Positions 21,090 to 31,626 of a stretch of 64,000 nt of DNA are shown here, in pieces. The position numbers were made by a program, and so were the translations under genes. The notes beneath the pieces were generated by a model that was given only the letters and a program-made list of their open reading frames with translations, ran no database searches and was not told the DNA's origin. This DNA comes from Candidatus Cloacimonadales bacterium. Its GTDB lineage: Bacteria > Cloacimonadota > Cloacimonadia > Cloacimonadales > DAONDQ01. How positions within the stretch are numbered: position 1 is the stretch's first letter; each line of letters begins with the position of its first letter. Location of the stretch: NCBI GenBank assembly GCA_963662275.1, contig OY759316.1, positions 2,048,001 through 2,112,000 of the forward strand, given 5' to 3'.

Positions 21090-24007
21090 ATGTGGCAAAC
21101 TTACCTCTCAGAAGTGAAAAGGATTTATCAAACTGGTGGTGCAACTGAACATTCGTATCGTACACCGCTCCAAAATCTATTGAATACATTTATTAAAGAA
21201 CAGAATATCAAAAATGTGGAAGTTTTGCATGAACCTCAGCATTCTGACTTTGGTGCCCCTGATTTCAGAATCATCAATACAGATAATTCCACTGTTGGTT
21301 ATGTTGAATGTAAGACCATAGGCACTAATTTATCTGAAACACTTCAGTCTGAGCAATTAAAGAGATATATAGATATTACTCCTAATCTTGTACTTACTAA
21401 TTATCTAGAGTTTGTTTTAATCCGAAATAGTGTACCAGTTCGAAACTTCTCACTAGCATCAGAATTCGATCTCAAGCAACATACAATCCAAATTAAAGAT
21501 ACTGCTGACCTTTCAGCAATACTTGTAGATTTCTTAAAAACCATTCCTCCAAGAATCAGGAATGTCAAACAACTGTCTGTTGAATTAGCAAAAAGAACTC
21601 ATTTACTACGTGAGCTTATTCAGCCTGAATTAGTATTAGCAAAAGAAAAGAAGCTCTATATTAGTTTCTATTCAGTTTTTAAAAAGGCTCTTTTCAATTC
21701 CTTAACAGAAGCTCAATTTGCAGATATCTATGCTCAGATCATCGGATTTGGATTATTGTTCCTTCGTTTTGCACGAGATAAGGATCTGACCCGTGATAAC
21801 ATCCTATCAAACATACCTGAATACATTCCACTATTAAGAGACTTCTTCCCTAATACTCATTTTGATGAATGGCCAGATCATATTGTTTGGGTATTAGATG
21901 AAATGCTGGAATTGCTGAATCACATGGATGTTAAGTTCATTAAAGAATCCATATCATATAAGAAATTATCATTAATAGAGAAACGTGAAGATAATCGCAA
22001 AGATCCTTTCCTATATTTTTATGAGGAATTCCTGACCCTTTATGATAAGAAGCTGAAAATAGAACGAGGTGTTTTTTATACTCCAGAAGCAGTTGTCTCT
22101 TATATTATCCGTAGCATTGATGAGATTCTTATCCAAGAATTGGACATACCGAAAGGGGTGCTGAATACAAATTTGAAGGTCTTGGATTTTGCAACAGGAA
22201 CAGGGACTTTCATCTTAGCCTGGATGGAATTAGTTATGAAGAGGGTAATAAAAGAAAACAACATGGGATTAATGAACAGCATTGTTTCTGATTATCTTCT
22301 AAAAAAGGTATATGGCTTCGAGTTTCTTATCGTTCCCTATATCCTTTGTCATTTCAGAATTCATGAATTCCTGCAAAGTGAATATTCAAATTATGCTCTG
22401 AATGAAAATGAAAGAGCACAAATCTATTTAACAAATACGCTGGAAAATGAAGAACCCCATTTCACTGAATTCTTTTCACATATTGATAATGAAGGAAAAC
22501 TCGCTGACCAAGCGAAAAATGAAGAAGAAATCATTGTCATTATGGGTAATCCTCCTTATTCAATAGCTAGTACTAATAATACAAAGTTCATAACTATTTG
22601 ATGAAGTCTTACAAAACTGCCGTCAAAGATGAGAAGAATCTACAGCCTCTTTCAGATGATTATATAAAGTTTATCAGGTTTGCTCAGTGGAAAATGGACA
22701 AAGTAAAGAAAGGAGTAATCGGCATTATTACTAATAACTCCTATCTTGATGGTCAGATTCACAGAGGAATGAGAGAAGAACTGCTTAAATCATTTGATAA
22801 AATCTATGTTCTTAATTTACATGGGAATACAAATACAGGAGAAAATTGTCCTGTAGATATCAAAGACGAAAACGTATTTGATATCAAGCAGGGAGTTAGC
22901 ATCATTTTCTTGATTAAGTCACCTGATCTATCAGAGAAAGGTCTATATTATGATGAATTATTTGGTACGAGATTATCAAAATATACCCACTTGTATGAAT
23001 CAACTGCATTAAATGATAAAGGCATTTTAGTTGAACCATCGATACCTGAATATTGGTTTGTTCCAAAAGAAATTGTGGATAAACAATATAGCTCTTCCTG
23101 GTCTTTAGCGGATATTTTTAAAGAATATATTAGTGGTGTTATGACAAATGATGATGCTAATTTGATTTCTTTAAAACCAAGTAAATCGGAATTTGAACAA
23201 TGCTATTATTATAAGCCTTTTGATATCAGATATATTGAGTATGATTTACATAAGATTTCACGCCACCGTTATCCAATTATGAAACATCTTTTAAAAGATA
23301 ATTTAGCTCTAGTATTCAGACGTTCTGGTGAAGGTAGTGAATGGGATTTAATTCATGTTACTTCTCATTTAGTCGATAAAAACTGCTTTGTGAGACAGAC
23401 ATATATTGCACCATTATTCGTATATGATGATGATCAACGGAATCATAATTTTTCAGATTCCTTCATGAAAGCTTTAGCTGAAATGTATGGATTGGAAATT
23501 GAACCGGAAATACTGTTTGCTTATATCTATAGTATTCTTTACTCCAATAAGTATAGATCTAAATACCATGAAGCTTTGCAATCAGGTTTTCCCCGAATTC
23601 CTTTCTGCGTTGAATATGATTTATTTATTGAAATTTCGGAACAGGGTCAGAGATTAATTGATTTGCATTTATTGAAAGCAGAACCGAAATCAATGAGTCC
23701 CAATCCTTGTTTTCCAGTAGCTCATGCGGATTTGTTTGTATCTAAAGTCAAGTATATCTCCAATGATGATAAGGATGGCAAGGTTTGGATTAATGATACA
23801 ACTTACTTTGATCGAATTCCTCATGCTATCTGGAATTATCAGATTGGAGGGAACCAGGTTTTAGAAAAATGGCTGAAAGAACGGAAAAAGCATAAATATA
23901 CGCTGACCGGTGCCGATGTATCTCATTTCCTGAAAGTGTGTGCTGTTCTTAATGAAACGATTGAGATACAAGAGAAACTGGATGGGTTGGTAGGCTCTTT
24001 TATTTAG
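21090..24007 (+). pseudogene. Single-polypeptide restriction-modification enzyme (type IIG/ISP-like: nuclease + N6-adenine MTase + specificity domain), split by a frameshift near 22590
   Basis: GAPDF...YVECK nuclease-like motif, LDFATGTGTF motif I, GNPPY motif IV at the end of ORF 21090-22601. DDYIKFIRFAQWK, ITNNSYLDG, FPRIPF and YQIGG..VLEKWLK continue in the -1 frame (22598-24007). Confidence 0.78.
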
Positions 24008-24067
24008 TACAAGCTAAACAAAATCACCGTATTGCTTTATAATGATAAGGAAGGTTTAGGAGAAGCA

Positions 24068-25212
24068 ATGGTAAAAGAATTTGATTCGCAGGAAACAATG
24101 TTAGCACATTCTGAAGCATAAGTAGAGTTGTATTCAAAATATCTTGTCGCTTACTTGTCTATTCTTCACAATTTTCCAAAAAAAAAAGAATTATTATTGT
24201 CGATACATATTGTGGAAGAGGAATCTATAAAAACGGAAGACCTGGCAGTCCAGTAAAAGCATATGAGATTGCATTGGAAGTGAGAAACAAAATAATTTCT
24301 GATAAGCAATTGGATTTATACTTTAATGATTTGAAGCCAAATTATACCGATTCAATACGTAAATATATCAGTGAGAATGAACGACACGATGACCACGTTT
24401 CAATTCACTTTTCAAATTATGATTATAATGACCTCATACAACATATTGCGAATTTAATTATGAATACCAATAAATATGAGACCAAGATCTTGATTTTTAA
24501 TGATCCATATGGTTATAAGAGCATAAGAAAGGAAGATATTTTAGGATTTTTGAGCAATGGAAACGTGGAGTTGTTTCAGTTTATCCCCATTGATTATATC
24601 AAAAGGTTTTCAAAGTTAGCTATTGATGATTCGGATGGAAGTCAAGCCATAACTAAATTTCTTGAAGATTTCTGCCCTGATTATCAAACATATTTGTCTG
24701 ATGCAAATTATGTCCAAATTTTACAGGATCATATTAAGCAAGCACTTACATTTAATCAAAAATTCTTAAGTTCTTCTTTTATTTTGGATCGCGGTTTGAA
24801 TAGGTATTTTTGCTTATTTTATGTTACTAATCACATAAGAGGATTGGAAGTCATGAATGAGGCTAAATGGAAACTTGACAGCACAACTGGTCAAATTTCG
24901 ACAAGAAATCCGGAGCAATTAAGATTGTTTGAAGATCATGTTCATGATGACTATTTAGATAAATTCAAACTTGATCTTCTTGGCTTTATAAGATCGTCAC
25001 TGAGTTATCGAACAAATATCGATATTTATGAATTTACAGTTAAAAATGATTCTGTTTGTCGACATGCTACTCTCTGTCTTGATCTATTAAGGAATGATAA
25101 TTTAATTCAAGTCGAGTTTATTGGACGGAATAATGCATACGGAATTACATATCCAAATTACAAAAAAGGGATTACTAAAATCCGAGTGAGAGGAGTAAAT
25201 GGTAAAAATTAA
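24068..25212 (+). pseudogene. tcmP: Three-Cys-motif partner protein (TcmP, methyltransferase-like fold) with a premature stop and a frameshift
   Basis: ATG 24068 HSEA*VELYSKYL (TAA 24119-24121); A10 run 24178-24187; then IVDTYCGRGIY...GSP in frame with ORF 24274-25212 containing FNDPYG and MNEAKWK. Confidence 0.72.
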
Positions 25213-25963
25213 GAGAAATTCACTTCTTTACAAAACTGAAGTTGAATACGGAGATTACACTATTAATCACGTGTTTGGTTGTTCGCATGGTTGCTTATAT
25301 CCTTGTTATGCGTTCCTTAACGCAAAAAGATATGGTAGAATTAAAACATATGAAGAATGGATAGAACCTAAGCTTGTGGAAAATGCCCTTGAATTATTAA
25401 AAAAAGAAATTCCTAAATTAAAATCGAAGATTCAATCAGTACATTTTTGCTTTACGACTGATCCTTTCATGTATGGATATGATAATATTTCAAAAGTTAG
25501 CGTAGAATTAATTCAGGAGCTGAATCGCAATGAGATACCATGTACAACTCTCACAAAAGGGATTTATTCTGATTCAATCAAATCTTTAGGAAATATGAAT
25601 AAATATGGCATAACACTAATCTCATTGGATGAAGATTTTAGAATGAAAATTGAACCATTTGCTGCACCTTACCAGGAAAGGATTGATAGCTTAAAGAAAC
25701 TCCATGATCATGGTCTGAATACCTGGGTTAGTATTGAACCTTATCCAACACCTAATATCATAAAACAGGACTTTGATGAGATACTAAAATCAATATCTTT
25801 CGTTGATAAGATCATATTTGGAAGAATGCACTATAACAAATTGATAACCAAATATCCAGACTATAAACAGTTCTATAATGAACTGGCAGCTAAAGTGATT
25901 GAATTCTGTGAGAAGAATAACATAGAATATCATATAAAGAATAAGACGGTAACAGGCTTATAG
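25199..25963 (+). CDS. Radical SAM protein (SPL-like/three-Cys-motif type)
   Basis: GCSHGCLYPCYA, FTTDPF, LTKG, TWVSIEP motifs; overlaps tcmP. Confidence 0.8.
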   Translation: MVKIKRNSLLYKTEVEYGDYTINHVFGCSHGCLYPCYAFLNAKRYGRIKTYEEWIEPKLVENALELLKKEIPKLKSKIQSVHFCFTTDPFMYGYDNISKVSVELIQELNRNEIPCTTLTKGIYSDSIKSLGNMNKYGITLISLDEDFRMKIEPFAAPYQERIDSLKKLHDHGLNTWVSIEPYPTPNIIKQDFDEILKSISFVDKIIFGRMHYNKLITKYPDYKQFYNELAAKVIEFCEKNNIEYHIKNKTVTGL

Positions 25964-25965
25964 TT

Positions 25966-26838
25966 ATGGCAAAATCAACTCCAAAGGGAAACACCTTAAT
26001 TTATGAAAATTGTATTGTCACCTATATTGATATTCTTGGGTTCAAAGATATTGTTAAAAATAGGTTTAAAGATGATCCAAATAAAGTTATATCACTTCTT
26101 GAAGTTTTCAATTATCAAGCAAATCAATATATTGGTTTTCATCATGGAATTTTAGAGTACGGCACAATTATCAGACATTTTTCTGATATGATTGTCAGAA
26201 TTATCAGATTTGGACCAGATGAGTCATTAGCAGAACAAGCAACAATTTGCTATTTGGAACTGAGTAATCTAGCACTAACTCAGAGTGAATTGTTTAAGAG
26301 ACACATATTAATTAGAGGTGGGATGAGTATTGGTTCTATTTGTTTTAATGATGAACATATCTTTGGAGAAGCACTTAATGATGCTTATATATGCGAAAGT
26401 TCCAGAGCAAAGTATCCTATAATCGTACTTAATGAGAGAATATTAGATAAAATGCAAGAATATTCAAATGAACCACCTGAATCTGATGAGAATCTGTATT
26501 CTCTTGTGTCAAAATATAATCATAATTGTTATTTTATTGATTTTTTCTTTCAGTCGTCAGGCGCTGGCGGATTACAAAGCCAAGATCTAGGTATGCGTTA
26601 TATGCAATTGTATAGAGATTTTATAATTGAAGAAATGGTAAGAAATAAAAAATCTCCCGAAGCACTTTCGAAAATTCTATGGATGAAAGATTATTTCAAC
26701 TATACACTATCCCGTTCTGGTTATTCCTCACGCGATATTAAAACATTATTAATAGGACAATTAAAACAAACTAAACGAATTGATCCTATTAGATCTTTTT
26801 ATGGAATCGATGTTTCAAAATTTGATAATTGGTTTTAA
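25966..26838 (+). CDS. Class III nucleotidyl-cyclase-like domain protein
   Basis: YIDILGFK, FSDMIV, IRGGMSIG, FGEALNDAY..ES, KYPIIV motifs. Confidence 0.68.
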   Translation: MAKSTPKGNTLIYENCIVTYIDILGFKDIVKNRFKDDPNKVISLLEVFNYQANQYIGFHHGILEYGTIIRHFSDMIVRIIRFGPDESLAEQATICYLELSNLALTQSELFKRHILIRGGMSIGSICFNDEHIFGEALNDAYICESSRAKYPIIVLNERILDKMQEYSNEPPESDENLYSLVSKYNHNCYFIDFFFQSSGAGGLQSQDLGMRYMQLYRDFIIEEMVRNKKSPEALSKILWMKDYFNYTLSRSGYSSRDIKTLLIGQLKQTKRIDPIRSFYGIDVSKFDNWF

Positions 26839-26963
26839 TTCAGGAATAAATCAGTAAAATTAATCTATGAATACATTTCAGAAACAAGAGATTAGAGACT
26901 AGGATAAATCAATTAAAAATAAATGTTAAAAATTAAGAATTGTCAGAGTAGAGAAAAGCAGAT

Positions 26964-27019
26964 GCAGAGCAGATCAGAACTAGCTCTCCCTTAATCCCTC
27001 CCTTTACAAATGGGAGGGA
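26964..27019. repeat. CCCTCCC/GGGAGGG hairpin repeat family C (also 45012-45060, 57152-57207, 58448-58506)
   Basis: 26975-27019 is the exact reverse complement of 57152-57196 (45 bp). Confidence 0.85.
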
Positions 27020-27144
27020 AATTCAAGATTTATTTTTCGAATTTTAAAAATAAATAGAAATGCTCCCTCCTATATATATATGAGAGGTGTTTTTTTGCAG
27101 AACTAAAAAATAATAGCTAAAAACTAAAAGTTGAAGAGCAGAAA

Positions 27145-27371
27145 GCAGAGGAAACCTCCGGAAATAAAGCAAAAGAGGTAAAGAAAATGAAATCCAAATG
27201 TTTAATTCTGTGAAGAAAGCGTTACAATATGTCATGAAAAAGATAAAATACAAAGATCAGCATTTAGTGAGTTATTTATCTTTCATCATTCATCTGCATA
27301 AAGACTTTGTTGAAATGGATGGGCATAAAGAAATGGATATTATTATCAAGCAATGTTGCTGCAGAGCATAG
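27145..27371 (+). repeat. ~225-bp direct repeat, copy 1
   Basis: Aligns to 28898-29118; 87-bp identical core 27251-27337 = 29004-29090. Confidence 0.9.
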
Positions 27372-27395
27372 AAAACCTATACATGAAATAACATA

Positions 27396-27450
27396 TTGAC
27401 AGAAAAGCAGTTACTTCGCTATTGTTCCATTATGGGAGTTGACTCCCATA
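27396..27450 (+). promoter_or_regulatory. Probable sigma70 promoter followed by a palindromic operator
   Basis: TTGACA-18 nt-TATTGT, then TATGGGAGT-TG-ACTCCCATA at 27431-27450. Confidence 0.5.
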
Positions 27451-27473
27451 TCTGCACATAATGAGGTGATCAG

Positions 27474-28643
27474 ATGATAAAACGTATTATTCAAGACACT
27501 TTGATCCAAACAGCCAAGACATTCAAGGTTGTAACGATAACTGGTCCAAGACAATCTGGAAAGACCACTTTAGCAAAGATGGTTTTTCGGGATTATAAGT
27601 ATCATGATATGGATAATCCATCATTAATTCAGCGGTTTAATGGTGATCCTGGAAGCTTTTTATCGCCTATGCATAGCAAGTTTATCATCGATGAGTTCCA
27701 AAATATACCTGAAGTATGTAATTACATAAAGGTCTTATGTGACGAAAACCAAATACCGGGACAGTATATTTTGACCGGTAGCAATCAATTTGAATTTATG
27801 CACAATATATCTCAATCCTTAGCGGGTAGAACTGCTTTACTCAAGTTATTACCCTTGTCCTGGCAAGAAATGTATATCAATGAAAATCCAGACATCTTTA
27901 CCGCTATTCAGCGTGGTTGGTATCCAGCTTTGTTAAATCAGGAAATCAATCAATCCATGTTTTACAGCTCCTACATCGGTACATACCTTGAAAGAGATAT
28001 TCGTAACCTTTCCTTAGTAAAAAACCTCAACCAATTCAGGCAATTCCTCAGTTTATGTGCCGGTAGGACAGGTTGCGAACTAAATAAATCAAAACTTGCC
28101 ACAGATGCAGGTATAGATATCAAGACATTGAACCATTGGCTTTCCCTGCTGGAGACGAGTTATATTATCACATTTATTCAGCCTTATCATAAAAACTGGA
28201 CGAAACGACTGACCAAAACACCTAAAATGTACTTCTTTGATACTGGATTAGCATGTCATTTATTGGGTATTCAGGATGCTGAGACATTGAGGAATCATCC
28301 GCTACGGGGAAATATCTTTGAAACTTACTTCATTGGAGAAGTAATCAAACATCTGAATAACAATGGTATGAGTGCAAATCTGTCATATCTGCGGGAAACC
28401 AGTGGGATTGAAATCGATCTGATAATTGAATATAATACAAAGCTGATTCCGATTGAAATAAAGTCCGGTATGACCTTCAACATGTCTTGGATGGACAATC
28501 TGAAGAAGCTCTCAAAACGTAGTACAGGTTTTTCTCCTGGGTTGATTTTCTATGCAAATGAGGATCAATATTCTCTGAATGGAATCAATATCTGCAATGC
28601 AAAGAAAGTGAGAGAAGCTTTAGTTACTCTCTATAATTTTTGA
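27474..28643 (+). CDS. AAA+ ATPase with C-terminal DUF4143 (PD-(D/E)XK-like) domain
   Basis: GPRQSGKTT, IIDEFQ, LTGS, SLAGR, KTPKMYFFDTG, EIDLI...IEIK motifs. Confidence 0.88.
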   Translation: MIKRIIQDTLIQTAKTFKVVTITGPRQSGKTTLAKMVFRDYKYHDMDNPSLIQRFNGDPGSFLSPMHSKFIIDEFQNIPEVCNYIKVLCDENQIPGQYILTGSNQFEFMHNISQSLAGRTALLKLLPLSWQEMYINENPDIFTAIQRGWYPALLNQEINQSMFYSSYIGTYLERDIRNLSLVKNLNQFRQFLSLCAGRTGCELNKSKLATDAGIDIKTLNHWLSLLETSYIITFIQPYHKNWTKRLTKTPKMYFFDTGLACHLLGIQDAETLRNHPLRGNIFETYFIGEVIKHLNNNGMSANLSYLRETSGIEIDLIIEYNTKLIPIEIKSGMTFNMSWMDNLKKLSKRSTGFSPGLIFYANEDQYSLNGINICNAKKVREALVTLYNF

Positions 28644-28649
28644 TATTTA

Positions 28650-28768
28650 CAATTGTATCATAGCTTTGTAAGCTTTTATGTTGTTGAGATTGCATACCTA
28701 CAACTCCTGAAGCAGACTCCTAAAGTTACAAACTTCAGGATGTAACAAGATGCAATCTTATGCAACAA
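28650..28768 (+). repeat. Dispersed repeat family B, copy 2 (intact)
   Basis: Aligns with 20889-21001 and with both flanks of the right-hand mobile element. Confidence 0.8.
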
Positions 28769-28897
28769 GTGGTTTGTGATTGCCTACATGAATCGGGCAG
28801 CTTGTTTTACGTTGTGCATTTCAGCAGAAGATACTAAAAATTAGAGACAAGTAAATTGCATAATGTTGTAGGGTGTAGGTGGTAGGTTGTAGAAAGA

Positions 28898-29118
28898 GCA
28901 GAGGAAACCTCCGGAAATAATGAAAAAGAGGAAAAGAAAATGAAACCTAAATGTTCTATTCTGTTAAGAAAGCATTGCAGTATGTCTTGAAAATGATAAA
29001 AGCCAAAGATCAGCATTTAGTGAGTTATTTATCTTTCATCATTCATCTGCATAAAGACTTTGTTGAAATGGATGGGCATAAAGAAATGGAGATTGTTATA
29101 AAGAATTGCAGAGCATAG
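28898..29118 (+). repeat. ~225-bp direct repeat, copy 2
   Basis: Aligns to 27145-27371. Confidence 0.9.
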
Positions 29119-29150
29119 CAGTTTGAAAACAGCGTTCCATTGTTGAAAAG

Positions 29151-29180
29151 AATAGCCCAGGATAAATTCCTGGGCTATTT
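29151..29180. terminator. Intrinsic terminator hairpin downstream of the VIT-vWA gene
   Basis: AATAGCCCAGGA-TAAAT-TCCTGGGCTATT 12-bp stem. Confidence 0.7.
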
Positions 29181-29233
29181 GAATTTCATAGGATTTACTT
29201 GTGAATTTCTTGCTTTTAACTAGCCTCTTCTGC

Positions 29234-31309
29234 CTATTTCACCATGACCATCTTACCAGCCAGGATTTCATTACCCCATTGGAGTGTATAGAAATACACA
29301 CCACTGGAGACAGATTGATTCATTTGATCAGTACCATCCCACATGATTTGATACAAGCCTTTACCATGTGTTTTTAATCCGAGAATTTTAATGAGTTGAC
29401 CTCGAATATTGTAGATTCTGACATAAGCTGGGAGATGATCATCCTTAGTAATTTCAAACCGTATGATCGTTGTCGGGTTAAATGGATTCGGGAAATTACC
29501 AAGTAATTTTACAGAATAAGGCAGAACGGGAAGGGCAGTTGGATCTTCGGTGGTTATTATTGTACCACTATGGAAACTAGTGAAGGGAGTGATCACACCC
29601 CAAGTCATACTCAAATCAACGATTGTCTGTTTCAATTCATGTGCCGTTGTTGAAGTGGAGTCCATACCGTAATATTGAATTAAAAGATCATCAATTTTCT
29701 GCTTTGCCCAGATCTTTGTAAGGAATGACTTATTAGGATCATTTGTTTCTGCAAGCTGCATATCATATTCATAAGTGACAACTTGATTGAAAGCATTACC
29801 GCTGAATGTGAAATGTACCGTCTGTGGAACCGCATAACGACCGCTAACGATCATCTGTCTGCCCAGATAAAGATTAGGCAATGGATTTGGAAACATTTGC
29901 TCTACCGCATCTGGTGGAGATACAGTAATGATTGGATCAAGCAATACTGGATTTCTGATAATATTGTAGAAAGCTGTGATTGTTGTATACACATCGTTCT
30001 GCCCTAAAAATTGGACAAGACCATGATTGTCCGTAGCAGTCTGGGATAACAATTGAGTATTGACATCATTAATACCAATACCGAAATTATACAGGAAGAT
30101 TGTTGATGTGCTATTCGTCATCAAATTATCAATATATGTGCGTAGTAGCTGCGTATCTTGTATTCCTGCAGTGGGACAGCCATCTGTTAAGAAAATGATG
30201 ATATTGGCAGTATCATCACCAGTATTACTGAATTGTGGCACTGTTAAATTGAATGCTGCCCCGATATTAGTCATACCCGAAGCAGTAATATTATTAATAA
30301 AAGTAAGAGCTGTTTGCGCATTTGTTGCGTTATATTCTTGATGTTCAGTCCAGATGGAAGAATTTGATTCATTAAAGATAACGATATTGAATCGATCACC
30401 TTCATTGAGGTGATTGACGATATATGTGGCAGCATTTTTCGCTTGCGTTATTTTTGTACCACTCATACTTCCGGAGCGATCAATGACAAGCGTAAACACT
30501 TTATTAATGATCTGTGTTGAATTGGAAGGATCAGGTTCTGCAATGAATGTAAAGAATCCATTACTCCAAACATCCGGAACAGAATCACGCAAAGTACTCA
30601 TTGACCATAAACCGAGTTCTGATGAATCCAGTGAATATCTGAGCAAGTAATCAGAATTTGCTGCAGTATTGGCAATGGAATAATGGCAAATACCCTGATT
30701 TGCAGTATGTTCGATTATATTGGGTTCCTGGTTGATGGACTGGAAGGAAGTAATGTTTCGAGTCGAATTCAATTCCACATCCAATGTTTGAGTCATTAAT
30801 GGCAAGGTGGAAATCAGGGAGTAGTTGTTTTTTAGACCTAATTCCACATTGCCATCAATGTATGGCAATAATTGAACATAGGTTAATTCAACAGCAAGAG
30901 TATCTTGGGGAAATATAACAGTTGTGAAGTCAAAAACGATGGGAAATGAACCAATATAACTGGTAAAATTTGTAGGAAATGTTGAAGGTCCTCCAGGAGG
31001 ACTACTCGGGTTTGGTGATATACTAGCTTGCCACCAAAATCCATTTGAAAACCATCTTAATTGAGTTGCACTACATCCTTCAGGTAAAGGGTAGTAGTAC
31101 CTTGGAGCTACATTAGTTGATGTTACATTCTTAAATGTTTCTTGTACAGTCACAACTGAAATCTGATTTTCAATTTGTACATCATAAGCGCAATTGATTA
31201 ATTTAGTTGTTTGAAACGTAGTTGAACTACTGTTGATAATAACTCCCGCTGCATGGAGAGCCAGTAATGTAGTAAGCAGAGATGCGACTAAAATAAACCG
31301 TTTCATCAT
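29234..31309 (-). CDS. Secreted VIT + vWA domain protein with FlgD-Ig/T9SS-like C-terminal domain
   Basis: Signal peptide, DRSGSM MIDAS motif, FLTDG, NFPNPFNPTT...WDGTD...SSGVYFY. Confidence 0.85.
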   Translation of the reverse strand: MMKRFILVASLLTTLLALHAAGVIINSSSTTFQTTKLINCAYDVQIENQISVVTVQETFKNVTSTNVAPRYYYPLPEGCSATQLRWFSNGFWWQASISPNPSSPPGGPSTFPTNFTSYIGSFPIVFDFTTVIFPQDTLAVELTYVQLLPYIDGNVELGLKNNYSLISTLPLMTQTLDVELNSTRNITSFQSINQEPNIIEHTANQGICHYSIANTAANSDYLLRYSLDSSELGLWSMSTLRDSVPDVWSNGFFTFIAEPDPSNSTQIINKVFTLVIDRSGSMSGTKITQAKNAATYIVNHLNEGDRFNIVIFNESNSSIWTEHQEYNATNAQTALTFINNITASGMTNIGAAFNLTVPQFSNTGDDTANIIIFLTDGCPTAGIQDTQLLRTYIDNLMTNSTSTIFLYNFGIGINDVNTQLLSQTATDNHGLVQFLGQNDVYTTITAFYNIIRNPVLLDPIITVSPPDAVEQMFPNPLPNLYLGRQMIVSGRYAVPQTVHFTFSGNAFNQVVTYEYDMQLAETNDPNKSFLTKIWAKQKIDDLLIQYYGMDSTSTTAHELKQTIVDLSMTWGVITPFTSFHSGTIITTEDPTALPVLPYSVKLLGNFPNPFNPTTIIRFEITKDDHLPAYVRIYNIRGQLIKILGLKTHGKGLYQIMWDGTDQMNQSVSSGVYFYTLQWGNEILAGKMVMVK

Positions 31310-31626
31310 GCCTCCTTTTTTCCTAGTTTCAGGAAATTCAATAACATACTAAAACATATGCAATGTTTGAACCAATGTCAAATAATAATGTCAAATCAAT
31401 CATTAAACAGTTCTTTTTCAAGATTTTAGGAAGAATAAATAAAATTCATTGACGTGTGCTATTAAAGAAGAAACTTCTTGTTTGCAATCTTGCTTCAATT
31501 AATATGTATGGATTGTGTAATGAATTGTAAGGATACTGAGAGTGAAGAGATGATGTTTTTTATTAATAGAAATACATACAATTTCTTTCGTTTTTTTGCT
31601 CTTCAGACAATCCAAAGGGAGTTTAT

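Larger units (their letters stand above)
20243..29171. mobile_element. Putative defence island bounded by 25-bp direct repeats; no integrase inside
   Basis: AAAGAATAGCCCAGGA(A/T)AAATTCCT at 20243-20267 and 29147-29171 (24/25 identical); RM/defence-type gene content. Confidence 0.6.

Noticed and set aside
27044..29016. Short minus-strand ORFs 27044-27253 and 28834-29016 as small toxin genes in the direct repeats
   Set aside because: Starts, stops and sequences are not conserved between the two repeat copies.
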